From contig PGYR01000005.1 of NCBI GenBank assembly GCA_002839765.1, positions 1-64,000 on the forward strand: a stretch of DNA of 64,000 nucleotides, written 5' to 3'. Positions within the stretch are counted from its first letter, which is position 1; each line of letters starts with the position of its first letter. Made by a program: the position numbers and the translations under genes. This DNA is from Ignavibacteriae bacterium HGW-Ignavibacteriae-4. GTDB lineage: Bacteria > Bacteroidota > Ignavibacteria > Kapaibacteriales > UBA2268. Positions 9,224 through 19,121 of the stretch are shown in pieces. The notes beneath the pieces are model-generated. The model was not told the DNA's origin. It saw nothing but the letters and a program-made list of their open reading frames with translations, and ran no database searches.

Positions 9224-9260
9224 TATTCAACCTCACACCACACTTATCCTAACCTTCTTT
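9224..9260 (-). promoter_or_regulatory. Conserved upstream motif, copy c (upstream of 8289..9200)
   Basis: ttattcaacctcacaccacacttatcctaaccttctt. Confidence 0.45.
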
Positions 9261-10492
9261 TTCTTGAGCTTAGTGTTATTCGTTTTTTCTACTGCCTTAT
9301 TGGCTATTTTAGCGTGTACACTGACATAAGAGCAGTTCTCTTGTAGTTCTATAACACCTAGTTGGTCTTTTTCAATCTTTCCTTGCTTCATAAATAAACC
9401 GGCTATATCTCCTTTGGATATTTTTTCGCGTCTGCCACCAGTTATATATAAAGTCACCCATTTTACTGGAGCTGGATCATGAGACGGTTGAAGGTCTCCT
9501 ACTATTACTTCTTCTGGTGCTATATCATCTATGTACTCTGGTAGATTTTCGCCTGTCCAATGCAGTATATATGCCACTCCGTCGCTGTTCATACGTGCTG
9601 TACGTCCGTTTCTATGTAGGAATTCGTTGTAGCGTAGAGGCAAACGATAGTGAAGGATAAATGTAAGCTCTGGAATGTCAAGTCCACGAGCAGCCAAATC
9701 GGTTGCTAGCAGGAGCTGAGTCGTTCCATTTCTGAATTTGATTAGGGCTTGTTCTCTATCTAGCTGCTCCATATCCCCATGGAAGCACTCGTGTGGAATG
9801 TCATTATCGTCCAGATACTCGCTCACACCGTAAAGTTCTTCTTTGAAACTACAGAAAATAATACCGGGTTGATGTCCGATATAATCGAGTGTTTTTACCA
9901 ACGATTTCAGCTTATCTTTGTCGGGTGCAAGTATTGTCTTTATTGTCAACTGAGGAATACCTTCTTTACCGTAGTTGATGAATATAGGTTTTTCCAGACC
10001 CACAAACTTCGGTATTTTATTATCCCTAGTCGCTGAGGTAAGTATCCTCTGTTGTACATTCGGAAGCGATTCGATAATATCTAACATATCATCTTCGTAG
10101 CCCATCTCTAGCGATTTATCGAACTCATCGAGCACTAAAGTCTTGATATGATCCAGCGAGTAAGTATCTTTGAAAAACCTATCTGCTATACGTCCGGGTG
10201 TACCGATTAGAATAGCCGGTAGGTGCTTCAAATCGAGTTTGTCTTGCGAGCCAGCACGACCACCATATACTGCATTGACTTTGAAACCTGATCCCATGTC
10301 TCTTGCTACTTGCAACAGCTGTTGAGCCAATTCACGCGAAGGCACAATTATAAGAATCTGAATCTCAGCACTATCTGGGTCGAGCGTCTCAACTAGCGGC
10401 AGTAGAAACGCCAGTGTTTTACCAGTACCCGTTGGTGATAATAATACTACATCGGATTTCTTGCGTATAGCTCTGCCTGTCTCTTCCTGCAT
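9233..10492 (-). CDS. ATP-dependent DEAD-box RNA helicase, DbpA-like (C-terminal DbpA RNA-binding domain)
   Basis: Motif I SPTGTGKT, Ia PSRELAQQ, TPGR, DEFD (DEAD variant), SAT, HRNGRTAR; C-terminal ~75 aa resemble DbpA RBD; N-terminus aligns to E. coli DbpA TPVQAAALPAIL region. Confidence 0.8.
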   Translation of the reverse strand: MQEETGRAIRKKSDVVLLSPTGTGKTLAFLLPLVETLDPDSAEIQILIIVPSRELAQQLLQVARDMGSGFKVNAVYGGRAGSQDKLDLKHLPAILIGTPGRIADRFFKDTYSLDHIKTLVLDEFDKSLEMGYEDDMLDIIESLPNVQQRILTSATRDNKIPKFVGLEKPIFINYGKEGIPQLTIKTILAPDKDKLKSLVKTLDYIGHQPGIIFCSFKEELYGVSEYLDDNDIPHECFHGDMEQLDREQALIKFRNGTTQLLLATDLAARGLDIPELTFILHYRLPLRYNEFLHRNGRTARMNSDGVAYILHWTGENLPEYIDDIAPEEVIVGDLQPSHDPAPVKWVTLYITGGRREKISKGDIAGLFMKQGKIEKDQLGVIELQENCSYVSVHAKIANKAVEKTNNTKLKKKKVRISVV

Positions 10493-10600
10493 AGGATTGA
10501 GCTCTTCTATCTCAAATTTATTGAGAATCGAACTAGTTAGCGATTCGTTTGTTTTTTCGTTGTTTTCTTTGATTGTAATTACCTTTTATTTTTTTGTCTA

Positions 10601-11041
10601 TTATTCTGTGATCAATCTAATTTTGGGTGCGCCTATTATTAACTCACTATCTGGTAATGGGCTATTTGAATTTATAGCAAAGTAAATATAGAAATCATCA
10701 TTTTCATGTAGTTTGTTATAGTCATTTTCATCTAATAAAAAATCAGCTTCAATATATTCTAGTGTAACATATCCAAGTTGATATATATATTTATTTTGCA
10801 TTAAAAATAAATTTTCTGAAGACTTAAAAAAAGAAGATTCGTAAAATCTCAATGTGATTGACGGAGCGTTATTTTTATTAAGTAATTCTTCTTTTATGAT
10901 ATGGAAAACTAAATCTATCGTGTTTTCATTTATGTTCCTGTTAAACTTCACAAAATCATAACTACTACGCAAATCATAATGAAGCTCACCCTGCTCGAGT
11001 GCGTATTCTTGAAGAATAGTAAAGTTTTTATCTATTTTCAT
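10601..11041 (-). CDS. hypothetical protein
   Basis: 146-aa ORF, no recognisable motifs. Confidence 0.35.
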   Translation of the reverse strand: MKIDKNFTILQEYALEQGELHYDLRSSYDFVKFNRNINENTIDLVFHIIKEELLNKNNAPSITLRFYESSFFKSSENLFLMQNKYIYQLGYVTLEYIEADFLLDENDYNKLHENDDFYIYFAINSNSPLPDSELIIGAPKIRLITE

Positions 11042-11043
11042 TC

Positions 11044-12309
11044 TTATTTTTTAATAACCTTAAATATCTTTCCTGTTTCAGTTTTTAGCAAATAGTATCC
11101 GCTAGCTAAATTATTAATGTCAATCTTTTGATTTTCACTAACTTGACCATTAAGTATTTCTTCACCAAAAACATTATAGATAGTGTAGCGCTCTATATTT
11201 TTAATTCCTAGTATTTGGATATAGTCTGACACTGGATTAGGATAAACACGAATATTATCACTTAATAATTCATCTTCTACACTAGTGATTTTTCCTTCCA
11301 AATTGCCTGTTTCCAAAGTGCCTAATCCATTCGTAGCTTCCCAAAAATTATAAACAGATGAAAAGTCAGATGATGGTCTTCCAAATTTTTCGGATGAGTC
11401 ATCTACCAAATCCCATTGTTCCTTTGTTAAAGGAGTATCTGTTAATACAATCACTAATGCTGTAAAGTCTTTTTGCGAAGTTGCAAAAGAGGGTGATCTA
11501 GTACCAAGTAATGCTTCCAAAGAAGCTGGGGTATATGTAGTTCTTGTAGATGCAGTAAAATCAAAAGTACTAGCATTTATAGTTAATTCTGTAATATCAG
11601 AAAACACATCAAAATTTGAAACGCTTGATATATCTGTCATACCCATCAGATATAGTTCAAGTTCATTATAAGGTACAGAGTTCCCACCATTCGCATTTGG
11701 ACCAAAAGTACCAACTGTATAAGAGTTTCCTCCATTCTCAACTAAAGTACTTTGTTCAAACCCTCCGAGTTGCCCTTTAGTACTACCCCCAGTGAATCCC
11801 CAATGAGGAATATATGGAAAGGATTTCAAATCTTTACCTGGAGCAGATGTAGATTCCGTAGGGATTCCAAAATTGCCCCAATTATGCATTAGCTCATGAA
11901 GAGAAGGACCTGCTCTTAGATAATCTCTTCGTGTGAGGTGCATTACAGCTTGGAGTTTCCCTGCTGAGCCATAATTAGAGCTATTGTCAAAAGCACCCAT
12001 ACCGAGGCCTAGTGCTTCATTTGATACCTGAATTAATTGACCAAATGGTAAATTAGTAGGTCTATCATCTTCGTTAAGGACTAAGAAAATGAAATCAAAA
12101 TTGTCATCAAATTTTTGATAAATATCTTGAAATAATGCTTCTCTTATTGCTTTATTATTAAACTCGTCATTCGTTTTCCAATTCTCATATTCTGAGGAAG
12201 ACATTAACAATGATGCTACTCTCTTATTCTCATGAATTTCTATAGTGTGTGTTTGAGCTAATAATTTAAAAGTTGATGCTAATAGTAATAGTAGTAATAG
12301 TCTAGTCAT
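11044..12309 (-). CDS. secreted zinc metallopeptidase-like protein with T9SS C-terminal sorting domain
   Basis: Signal peptide MTRLLLLLLLASTFKLLAQ; HExxH motif HELMHNWG; C-terminal IRVYPNPVSDYIQI...YYLLKTETGKIFKVIKK T9SS CTD. Confidence 0.6.
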   Translation of the reverse strand: MTRLLLLLLLASTFKLLAQTHTIEIHENKRVASLLMSSSEYENWKTNDEFNNKAIREALFQDIYQKFDDNFDFIFLVLNEDDRPTNLPFGQLIQVSNEALGLGMGAFDNSSNYGSAGKLQAVMHLTRRDYLRAGPSLHELMHNWGNFGIPTESTSAPGKDLKSFPYIPHWGFTGGSTKGQLGGFEQSTLVENGGNSYTVGTFGPNANGGNSVPYNELELYLMGMTDISSVSNFDVFSDITELTINASTFDFTASTRTTYTPASLEALLGTRSPSFATSQKDFTALVIVLTDTPLTKEQWDLVDDSSEKFGRPSSDFSSVYNFWEATNGLGTLETGNLEGKITSVEDELLSDNIRVYPNPVSDYIQILGIKNIERYTIYNVFGEEILNGQVSENQKIDINNLASGYYLLKTETGKIFKVIKK

Positions 12310-12358
12310 AATTATACCTTGTTTTATTTAATAATTTTATGGAGTTTTTTCATTCTCT

Positions 12359-12964
12359 TTAAAACGCGTAGAATATTCCGCTACCGACACCGAAACCAAA
12401 AGACCTTGGTGTTTCATTTACCTTGATTCTATAACTTCTTCCATCGACATAATCATAGTCAGTTACGGTGTTATTTCCGAATCTACCATAATATCCACCC
12501 TCGACTACAATCGAGATATTTCGCCATGCCATTACCTCAATACCGAAGCCAATACCTACATTGATGTATCGTTCAATATCAAAATCTTTATCGTTTGGTG
12601 AAGTGCTATAATAATAATTACCATCTTCAGAGTAATCTATAAAAGAACCTGCAAGAGCGTAAAATCGTGTATTTTTTGTTCTATTCAGGTTGTATTGCAA
12701 ATCGATACCATAGGTAAGTTGGATTTCATTAGTATTATAATTGCGACTATCATCGTCACTACCATAAGCAAAAAGCTGACTTCTTACAGAAAGACCATTT
12801 GCAAATTGGTACTGATAACTCAGTCCATAACCAGAAAAGAATGAGCCATATAGACCGATTCTATTTTGTAGCCATTGCGATTCGTCGTCTGCATTTACAT
12901 TACCTTGAGCTTGAGCAAAAGAAATAGTAGCAAATAGGCAAATGAACACAAGTATTTTTTTCAT
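12359..12964 (-). CDS. outer-membrane beta-barrel protein (OmpA-like beta-barrel/porin family), paralog 1
   Basis: Signal peptide MKKILVFICLFATISFAQAQ, alternating amphipathic strands, C-terminal ...GIFYAF aromatic terminus typical of OM beta-barrels. Confidence 0.6.
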   Translation of the reverse strand: MKKILVFICLFATISFAQAQGNVNADDESQWLQNRIGLYGSFFSGYGLSYQYQFANGLSVRSQLFAYGSDDDSRNYNTNEIQLTYGIDLQYNLNRTKNTRFYALAGSFIDYSEDGNYYYSTSPNDKDFDIERYINVGIGFGIEVMAWRNISIVVEGGYYGRFGNNTVTDYDYVDGRSYRIKVNETPRSFGFGVGSGIFYAF

Positions 12965-13083
12965 CTTTCAATTCCTGTTATAATTTTTAAAATTAGTATA
13001 AGCTAAAAACGGAATAGCTTTATGGCAATCTAAACACTTCCCGGTACATTATGCTTTACATTTACTTTACAATTTGTTGAGTT

Positions 13084-13680
13084 CTAAAAAGCATAAGATA
13101 TACCGCCACCAACTCCAAAGCCGAATGATTTTGGTGTTTGGTTAACTTTAACTCTTTTAGTCTCTTCTCCGCTATAATCGTAATCTGTTACTGTATTATT
13201 TCCAAACCTACCATAGTACCCACCTTCTAGAACTATAGATACATTTTGCCATCCCAATATTTCAATACCGAAACCAACACCCACATTAATAAAACGCTCA
13301 ATATTATAATCTTTAGAATATACTGAAGAGCTATAATAAGAATTCCCTCGCTCATAATAATCTATAAATGAACCCGCTAGGGCATAGAGTCGAGTATTAT
13401 GTGTTCGTTTCAGGTTGTATTGCAAATCAGCACCAAGTGCTAGTTGTATTTCGTCCGAATTATAATTATTATCATCGTTGCTACCATAGGCAAAAAGCTG
13501 TGTTCTTACAGAAAGACCATTTGCAAATTGGTACTGATAACTCAGTCCATAACCTGAAAAGAATGATCCGTAAAGACCTATTCTATTCTGTGGCCATTGT
13601 GAATCATCATAAGTACTATTCTGCGCATTCGCAAATGAGAACGCAGCAAATAGGCAAAGGAACACGAGTATTTTTTTCAT
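13084..13680 (-). CDS. outer-membrane beta-barrel protein, paralog 2 (tandem duplicate of 12359..12964)
   Basis: ~75% identical protein; identical ~50-bp upstream region (12961-13010 vs 13678-13727). Confidence 0.6.
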   Translation of the reverse strand: MKKILVFLCLFAAFSFANAQNSTYDDSQWPQNRIGLYGSFFSGYGLSYQYQFANGLSVRTQLFAYGSNDDNNYNSDEIQLALGADLQYNLKRTHNTRLYALAGSFIDYYERGNSYYSSSVYSKDYNIERFINVGVGFGIEILGWQNVSIVLEGGYYGRFGNNTVTDYDYSGEETKRVKVNQTPKSFGFGVGGGISYAF

Positions 13681-13779
13681 CTTTCAATTCCTGTTATAAT
13701 TTTTAAAATTAGTATAAGCTAAAAACGTAATTGCTTAATTAAAGTTGCTACTCGTTCGTTTGAATAGCTTTATGATAAT

Positions 13780-14253
13780 CTAAACGCTACCCGGTTCATT
13801 TTTGCTTTTCGTTTGCAAAGCATTCAGAAAATTCCTCAAGTACTGATCCATAAACGGCTGATAGGACTTATGCCCCGGTCTTCTGAAAAATGAGCTCAGT
13901 TCGTGCGGGCTTACTTTCTTATCCGTTAGTGCGAATAAATCCAAGATATCATCTGACTTCAAATCTAGAGCAATTTTCAGCTTCCTAAGGATTATATTAT
14001 TGTTCAATCGGTCTTCTGGCTCTGGCTGTGGGCCTTCTCTCTTGCCCCGCTTTTCGATGATTAATCCATTGAGGAAAGTCGCCATTTCTCTATCGGTCAT
14101 CTCCACCAAATCTATATCATCTTCTTTTCTGAACCAGTCGTTCAGCTCTGCTTCCACTACATCGGAATCCGCTAGTTTGAATAGCTCTATTATCTTTGCA
14201 TCTGAATAGTCAAACAGGTATCGTAATCTTCGTAATATTTCGTTATTGGTCAT
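13780..14253 (-). CDS. DUF1456 (YehS-like) domain protein
   Basis: MTNNEILRRLRYLFDYSDAKIIELF resembles YehS/DUF1456 N-terminal repeat; second repeat ...LRKLKIALDLKSDDILDLF; start moved to internal Met to avoid overlap. Confidence 0.5.
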   Translation of the reverse strand: MTNNEILRRLRYLFDYSDAKIIELFKLADSDVVEAELNDWFRKEDDIDLVEMTDREMATFLNGLIIEKRGKREGPQPEPEDRLNNNIILRKLKIALDLKSDDILDLFALTDKKVSPHELSSFFRRPGHKSYQPFMDQYLRNFLNALQTKSKNEPGSV

Positions 14254-14291
14254 AGGGAATTTTTCTTTTATAGTTCTATCAAATAAATCAT

Positions 14292-15932
14292 TTATAATAT
14301 ACACGTTTTCTCTTTTAACAACACATTTAGAATGGAATGATTCAGCGAATAATCAACTGCTAAATCAATTACATGTACACCATCACTATTCAGACATAGA
14401 GCTAATATTTGCTTTAGCTCTTCATCACTTGTTGGGCGATGACCCATAGCTCCGTAGCTTTCGGCATATTTTACAAAGTCAGGATTTTTATAATCCAGTC
14501 CGTAGTTTTCAAATCCCATACCTTCTTGCTTCCATTTGATCATGCCGTAAGAGCTATCATTCAGGATAATAACAACTAGGTTTAAACCCAAACGAGTTGC
14601 TGTTTCGAGTTCCTGAGAATTCATCATGAAGCCCCCATCACCGCAAACCGATATTACTTTTCTTTCTGGGTAAATCAGCTTTGCTAACATAGCAGAAGGT
14701 AGTCCAGCACCCATAGTTGCCAAGGCATTATCGAGTAATAGGGAATTTCGTGTGTAGCTTTTGAAGTTTCTTGCAAACCAGATTTTATATACTCCATTAT
14801 CCAACGTTACTATTCCATCGTCTGGTAATTCTTCTCTTACTATATTTACCAATCGTTGTGGCAGCATTGGGAAACGACTATCCTTTGCGTATTTTGAAAG
14901 GTGCTCTTCTACGTCTTGTTTTATTCTTTTGAAGTAAGAAAAATCCCAGTTGCTTTGGTTCTTGATATGCCTGCCGATATGTTCAACAGAGGAACGGATA
15001 TCTCCGACAACATTTAGTTGGGGGAAATAAACGGCATCAACTTGAGCAGGGAAAAAGTTGACATGTATCACTTTTGTTCCGCCATCTTTCATAAAGAAAG
15101 GAGGCTTTTCTATAACGTCATGACCAACATTTATGATTAAGTCTGCTTCTTTGATTGCACAATGCAGAAAATCATAATCGGATAGTGCTGCTGTTCCCAG
15201 ATAAAGTGGGTGCCTCTCATCTACCACTCCCTTTCCCATTTGAGTATTGAAAAAAGGAATGCCTGTTTGCTCAACGAAATCAGTAAGTGCCTTGCTCGTA
15301 TTTTTTCTATTTGCACCAGCACCAATCAGCAATAGAGGGTGTTTTGCAGCTTCTATCATTTTTACGGCTTCTTTGATTGCTCGCTCATCCGCATCAGGTC
15401 TTATGTGACCTACCACTTCGAATAATTGATCGTCACATTCTTCTGCAGCTACATCTTCTGGTAGCTCCAAATGCACTGCCCCCGGCCTTTCCTCAATAGC
15501 TAAACGAAACGATTCTCGTACCAAAGACGCAATAGTATTTCCGTTGACTATCTGCTTAGTGAACTTAGTAATCGGGCGCATTAAATCCACGACATCTATA
15601 ATCTGGAACTGGCCTTGCTTACTCTTTTTAATTGGTTTCTGCCCAGTAATCAGCATCATCGGCATAGCACCTAACTGAGCGTATGCGGCAGGTGTAACTA
15701 GGTTAGTGGCACCTGGCCCTAGAGTAGCTAAACATACTCCGGGTTTGCCGGTTAATCGTCCATAAGTAGCAGCCATAAATCCAGCTCCTTGCTCATGTCG
15801 GGTTAAAATCAACTTAATTTTCGAACCTCTTAATGATTCCAAAAGATCAAGGTTTTCTTCGCCCGGTATCCCAAAGATGTATTCTACACCTTCATTTTCT
15901 AATGCTTTTATAAATAGATCCGATGCTTTCAT
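14292..15932 (-). CDS. alsS: acetolactate synthase, AlsS-type (TPP-dependent, catabolic type)
   Basis: Collinear with B. subtilis AlsS: GIPGEENLDLL, RHEQGAGFMAATYGRLTGKPGVCLATLGPGATN, TPP-binding GDGGFMMNSQELETA..N. Confidence 0.75.
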   Translation of the reverse strand: MKASDLFIKALENEGVEYIFGIPGEENLDLLESLRGSKIKLILTRHEQGAGFMAATYGRLTGKPGVCLATLGPGATNLVTPAAYAQLGAMPMMLITGQKPIKKSKQGQFQIIDVVDLMRPITKFTKQIVNGNTIASLVRESFRLAIEERPGAVHLELPEDVAAEECDDQLFEVVGHIRPDADERAIKEAVKMIEAAKHPLLLIGAGANRKNTSKALTDFVEQTGIPFFNTQMGKGVVDERHPLYLGTAALSDYDFLHCAIKEADLIINVGHDVIEKPPFFMKDGGTKVIHVNFFPAQVDAVYFPQLNVVGDIRSSVEHIGRHIKNQSNWDFSYFKRIKQDVEEHLSKYAKDSRFPMLPQRLVNIVREELPDDGIVTLDNGVYKIWFARNFKSYTRNSLLLDNALATMGAGLPSAMLAKLIYPERKVISVCGDGGFMMNSQELETATRLGLNLVVIILNDSSYGMIKWKQEGMGFENYGLDYKNPDFVKYAESYGAMGHRPTSDEELKQILALCLNSDGVHVIDLAVDYSLNHSILNVLLKEKTCIL

Positions 15933-16027
15933 AATTTTCCTTTTATCTCTTTATTGAGGTTGATAGTAGAACTGAATACGTTTTAGAATGTTGTTATTGG
16001 TTATAGGGGGTGTTATTTATCTATTTG

Positions 16028-17053
16028 TTAATCATCATCAGGTATAAGTCCTGTCCCATATCCACAATGTTCATCAAAATTGATGACGTTCTTCATTTTT
16101 TTCTTTTCAATAAATTCGCCAGTCCAAGGGTTGAAGGTATATATTGTGTATTTATAAATTTCCCTTGACCTGCCAGCTGCAATAGTATCCTTAATTTCAT
16201 TTGTCAATTCTTTAATATAGTATCTAAACTGACCATCAAAGAATTGTGCCTTATTAAATTTTTCCCAATCCAAAAACGCAGTTATCTTATTTGTGCCTGT
16301 TGTTGTTAGTCCTTTCTGTTCAGCTAGTTTCATAGCCTTCTTCTTGCTGATCTGGAAAGTCTTTTTTTGAGACTTCACATCTTCGAACCCATAATTACTT
16401 GAATAATCTTCACTTGGAACAAAGTTACCATTGGAGTCTAATTCAATAGCAATCATTTCTGGATACCATTCTGACTCTCCAAACTTAATACTATATCGAA
16501 ATATGAAAGAATTTGGTTTAGATTTCATCGGTTCCATCCAAGATCCGATATAGTCTTGACTCCAATATGTTTCACTTCTATCTCTTGTTGTCTCCCAATA
16601 ACCATGGTATGCGGAGCAATCAAAGTCAAAACGCACGTGATTATCAAAAAACTCTTGGCTAAAGGTTCTGATTATTAAACTATCTGCTTTTTCTTTTATA
16701 CCTTTAAGTAAGTCGTGATATGGATAGAGCTCTTCATTAACAATACAAGTATTATTCTCGTAATCTCGAGTGTACATCAACTTCCCATCATAATTATACA
16801 CTTTCCAAACACCCAGATATTCCATAGACTTCGTTTTCCACCCTTCCATATTTAGTCTTGTGGTATCTTTAATATAGTGTATGCTATACCAAACAGAGTC
16901 TTTATCATGAAAAGTTTCTTCATAAATATGATATTCAGAATTTCTAATTATCTCAATATCAGAAGAATCAGTCTTAATATCCTGTCTATATTGACCGAAA
17001 ACTAAAATTGAATTCAGAGTACAAATTAATAATATTAAAATTATTCTTTTCAT
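16028..17053 (-). CDS. hypothetical secreted protein
   Basis: Likely start MKRIILILLICTLNSILVFGQ (signal peptide); ATGA overlap with upstream gene. Confidence 0.45.
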   Translation of the reverse strand: MKRIILILLICTLNSILVFGQYRQDIKTDSSDIEIIRNSEYHIYEETFHDKDSVWYSIHYIKDTTRLNMEGWKTKSMEYLGVWKVYNYDGKLMYTRDYENNTCIVNEELYPYHDLLKGIKEKADSLIIRTFSQEFFDNHVRFDFDCSAYHGYWETTRDRSETYWSQDYIGSWMEPMKSKPNSFIFRYSIKFGESEWYPEMIAIELDSNGNFVPSEDYSSNYGFEDVKSQKKTFQISKKKAMKLAEQKGLTTTGTNKITAFLDWEKFNKAQFFDGQFRYYIKELTNEIKDTIAAGRSREIYKYTIYTFNPWTGEFIEKKKMKNVINFDEHCGYGTGLIPDDD

Positions 17054-17598
17054 CTTCCAATCGTTTTGTGTCGCCATTTAGCTATTACATTTGTGTCTGC
17101 GTGATGCTCATTAGGGTTATTTTCTAATAGACTTTTTCTTATTTCATAAGCTCTTGTAAAGTCATCGACTAATCCTTTTTCATTTATATCACTAGAAGTA
17201 AAAGATTCATCAAAACCGCCACAATTTGTCAATGCACTAATATCATAGTCTTGGTCTAACAAGTCATAACCTTCAAATTCATATCCGTCAATTCCAATAT
17301 TCTTGCAATCTTCGGTTGGGTTTATACCTAATGTCAATAAATTGAATTTGTCTTTTGTTTCCAATCGTCTCATAACATAATCAAGAGATAAATAAAAATC
17401 TGTAATACCTTGATTTATAATAAAGATGAAATCCCAATCTTTTTTATTCTCATAAACTGGTTCAACGATGGATGAACTTAGTAAGTTATCAATGGAGACA
17501 AGTTCAGTTAGATGATTCAATTTTGAGAATTTAATATATCCTTCCCATCCTTCATCACCTTTGACGAATGTTTCTTTTGCTGTATATAAATATTTCAT
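17050..17598 (-). CDS. hypothetical protein
   Basis: 182-aa ORF, no recognisable motifs. Confidence 0.35.
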   Translation of the reverse strand: MKYLYTAKETFVKGDEGWEGYIKFSKLNHLTELVSIDNLLSSSIVEPVYENKKDWDFIFIINQGITDFYLSLDYVMRRLETKDKFNLLTLGINPTEDCKNIGIDGYEFEGYDLLDQDYDISALTNCGGFDESFTSSDINEKGLVDDFTRAYEIRKSLLENNPNEHHADTNVIAKWRHKTIGR

Positions 17599-17619
17599 TG
17601 GTATTTCAAATTTATCCCA

Positions 17620-19107
17620 CTACCCCTCACCACCCTCACTCTTCGCCTCTGTCGGCTTCGTCTTCACTTTAGGTTTAGCTGTGGGCTTCGGTTCTTCTGC
17701 AGCTGGTTCTTCGGTAGTAGGGTTGTCCAGGTCTTTGCCTTTCAGATAATCTGGGAGTTGCATACCTGCCATGTTGAACATCTCTTGAAGTGGCGGTACG
17801 GATTTGTACAGCCCAGATATGAAGTTGGAAGTAGAAGTTTTACCGTCTGCTCCTCCGCCATTTTCCCAAACAGTTATCTTATCTATTTTGATATTCTTGA
17901 TTGCATCAGCTTGTGTTCGTACCAACTCTGGTAACTTGTCGGCAATTAGCAATAGCACAGCGTCTTTGGAATTGTTGCCAGCGGCTTTTACTATTCTATC
18001 CAAACCTTCGGCTTGTTTAGTTAGTATTTCGAACATACCTTTTGCTTCTGCTTCTTTTCTCATGAATATCGCATCAGCTTCCCCTTTAGCAATTCTTCTA
18101 ATTTTTTCTGCTGCCGCTTCTGCGTCTATTTCTATTTTTCGTTTGTCTATTTGCGCAGGAACAATGATGTCTGCACCTTGCTCTGCTTCTTTACGTTTTG
18201 CTCTTGCATCTTCGGCAATTTTCTCTGCTGCATAAGATTCTTCTAAAGCTTTCGCTGCTTGTACTTTCTCAGATGCATCAGCTATTCTACTAGCCTCGGC
18301 TTCTCTAGCTCTTCTTTCTGCATCCGAATGTGCAACCTGTATTTTGGCTGTATTTTCACCTTCTACGGCTTTCGCATTGGCTGCGGCAACCTGTACTCTC
18401 TGGTCTTGCAATGCTTGCGCTTGCCCGATTGCACCATCTCTATCTTTCTGTGCAACAGAGATAATGGCATCGTTTATAGCTTTTGCAGCAGCTTCTTTAC
18501 CCAATGCCTCGATGTACCCAGATACATCGTGTATATCTGTTATGTTCACGTTTATTAGCTTTAGTCCAACTTTCTTAAGCTCTTCTTCTACACTGTGTGT
18601 GATATGCGATAGGAACTTGTCCCTATCTGTGTTGATTTCCTCAATGTCCATAGACGCTACTACCAAACGCAATTGACCGAATATAATCTCTTGAGCTAGC
18701 TCTTGTATCATATCTTGGTTCAATCCCAATAGTCTTTCGGCAGCATTTTGCATAACGCTTGGCTCTGTAGAAACCCCAATCGTAAAACGAGAAGGTACAT
18801 TCACACGAATGTTTTGCTTACTCAGAGCGTTAGTCAGATTCACTTCTATAGAAATCGGAGTCAAATATAGGAACGAATAATCTTGGATTATTGGCCATAT
18901 AAATGCTGCCCCACCGTGTACACACTTCGCAGAAGTGTCGCCACCAGTTTTACCATAGACTACTAAGATTCTATCCGAAGGACAACGCTTGTACCTCCTG
19001 AACATAGAGAAAAGAAAAACGACGAATATTAGTACTACGGCAAGTACTAGGGAAACACCTGAAGCTCCTGTGTCAGAAGCCAGCAAAAGGCAATGTAAAG
19101 TATTCAT
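17620..19107 (-). CDS. flotillin-like SPFH/band-7 protein (YqiK-like)
   Basis: N-terminal TM, SPFH core, long Ala/Glu/Lys-rich coiled coil (AEKIAEDARAKRKEAE...), typical flotillin layout. Confidence 0.75.
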   Translation of the reverse strand: MNTLHCLLLASDTGASGVSLVLAVVLIFVVFLFSMFRRYKRCPSDRILVVYGKTGGDTSAKCVHGGAAFIWPIIQDYSFLYLTPISIEVNLTNALSKQNIRVNVPSRFTIGVSTEPSVMQNAAERLLGLNQDMIQELAQEIIFGQLRLVVASMDIEEINTDRDKFLSHITHSVEEELKKVGLKLINVNITDIHDVSGYIEALGKEAAAKAINDAIISVAQKDRDGAIGQAQALQDQRVQVAAANAKAVEGENTAKIQVAHSDAERRAREAEASRIADASEKVQAAKALEESYAAEKIAEDARAKRKEAEQGADIIVPAQIDKRKIEIDAEAAAEKIRRIAKGEADAIFMRKEAEAKGMFEILTKQAEGLDRIVKAAGNNSKDAVLLLIADKLPELVRTQADAIKNIKIDKITVWENGGGADGKTSTSNFISGLYKSVPPLQEMFNMAGMQLPDYLKGKDLDNPTTEEPAAEEPKPTAKPKVKTKPTEAKSEGGEG

Positions 19108-19121
19108 AATGCTCTATGGTT

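Noticed and set aside
17804-18676. Three plus-strand ORFs (143, 99, 110 aa) rich in Ala/Ser/Cys
   Set aside because: All lie inside and antisense to the Ala/Glu/Lys-rich coiled-coil region of the flotillin gene; no signal of independent coding.
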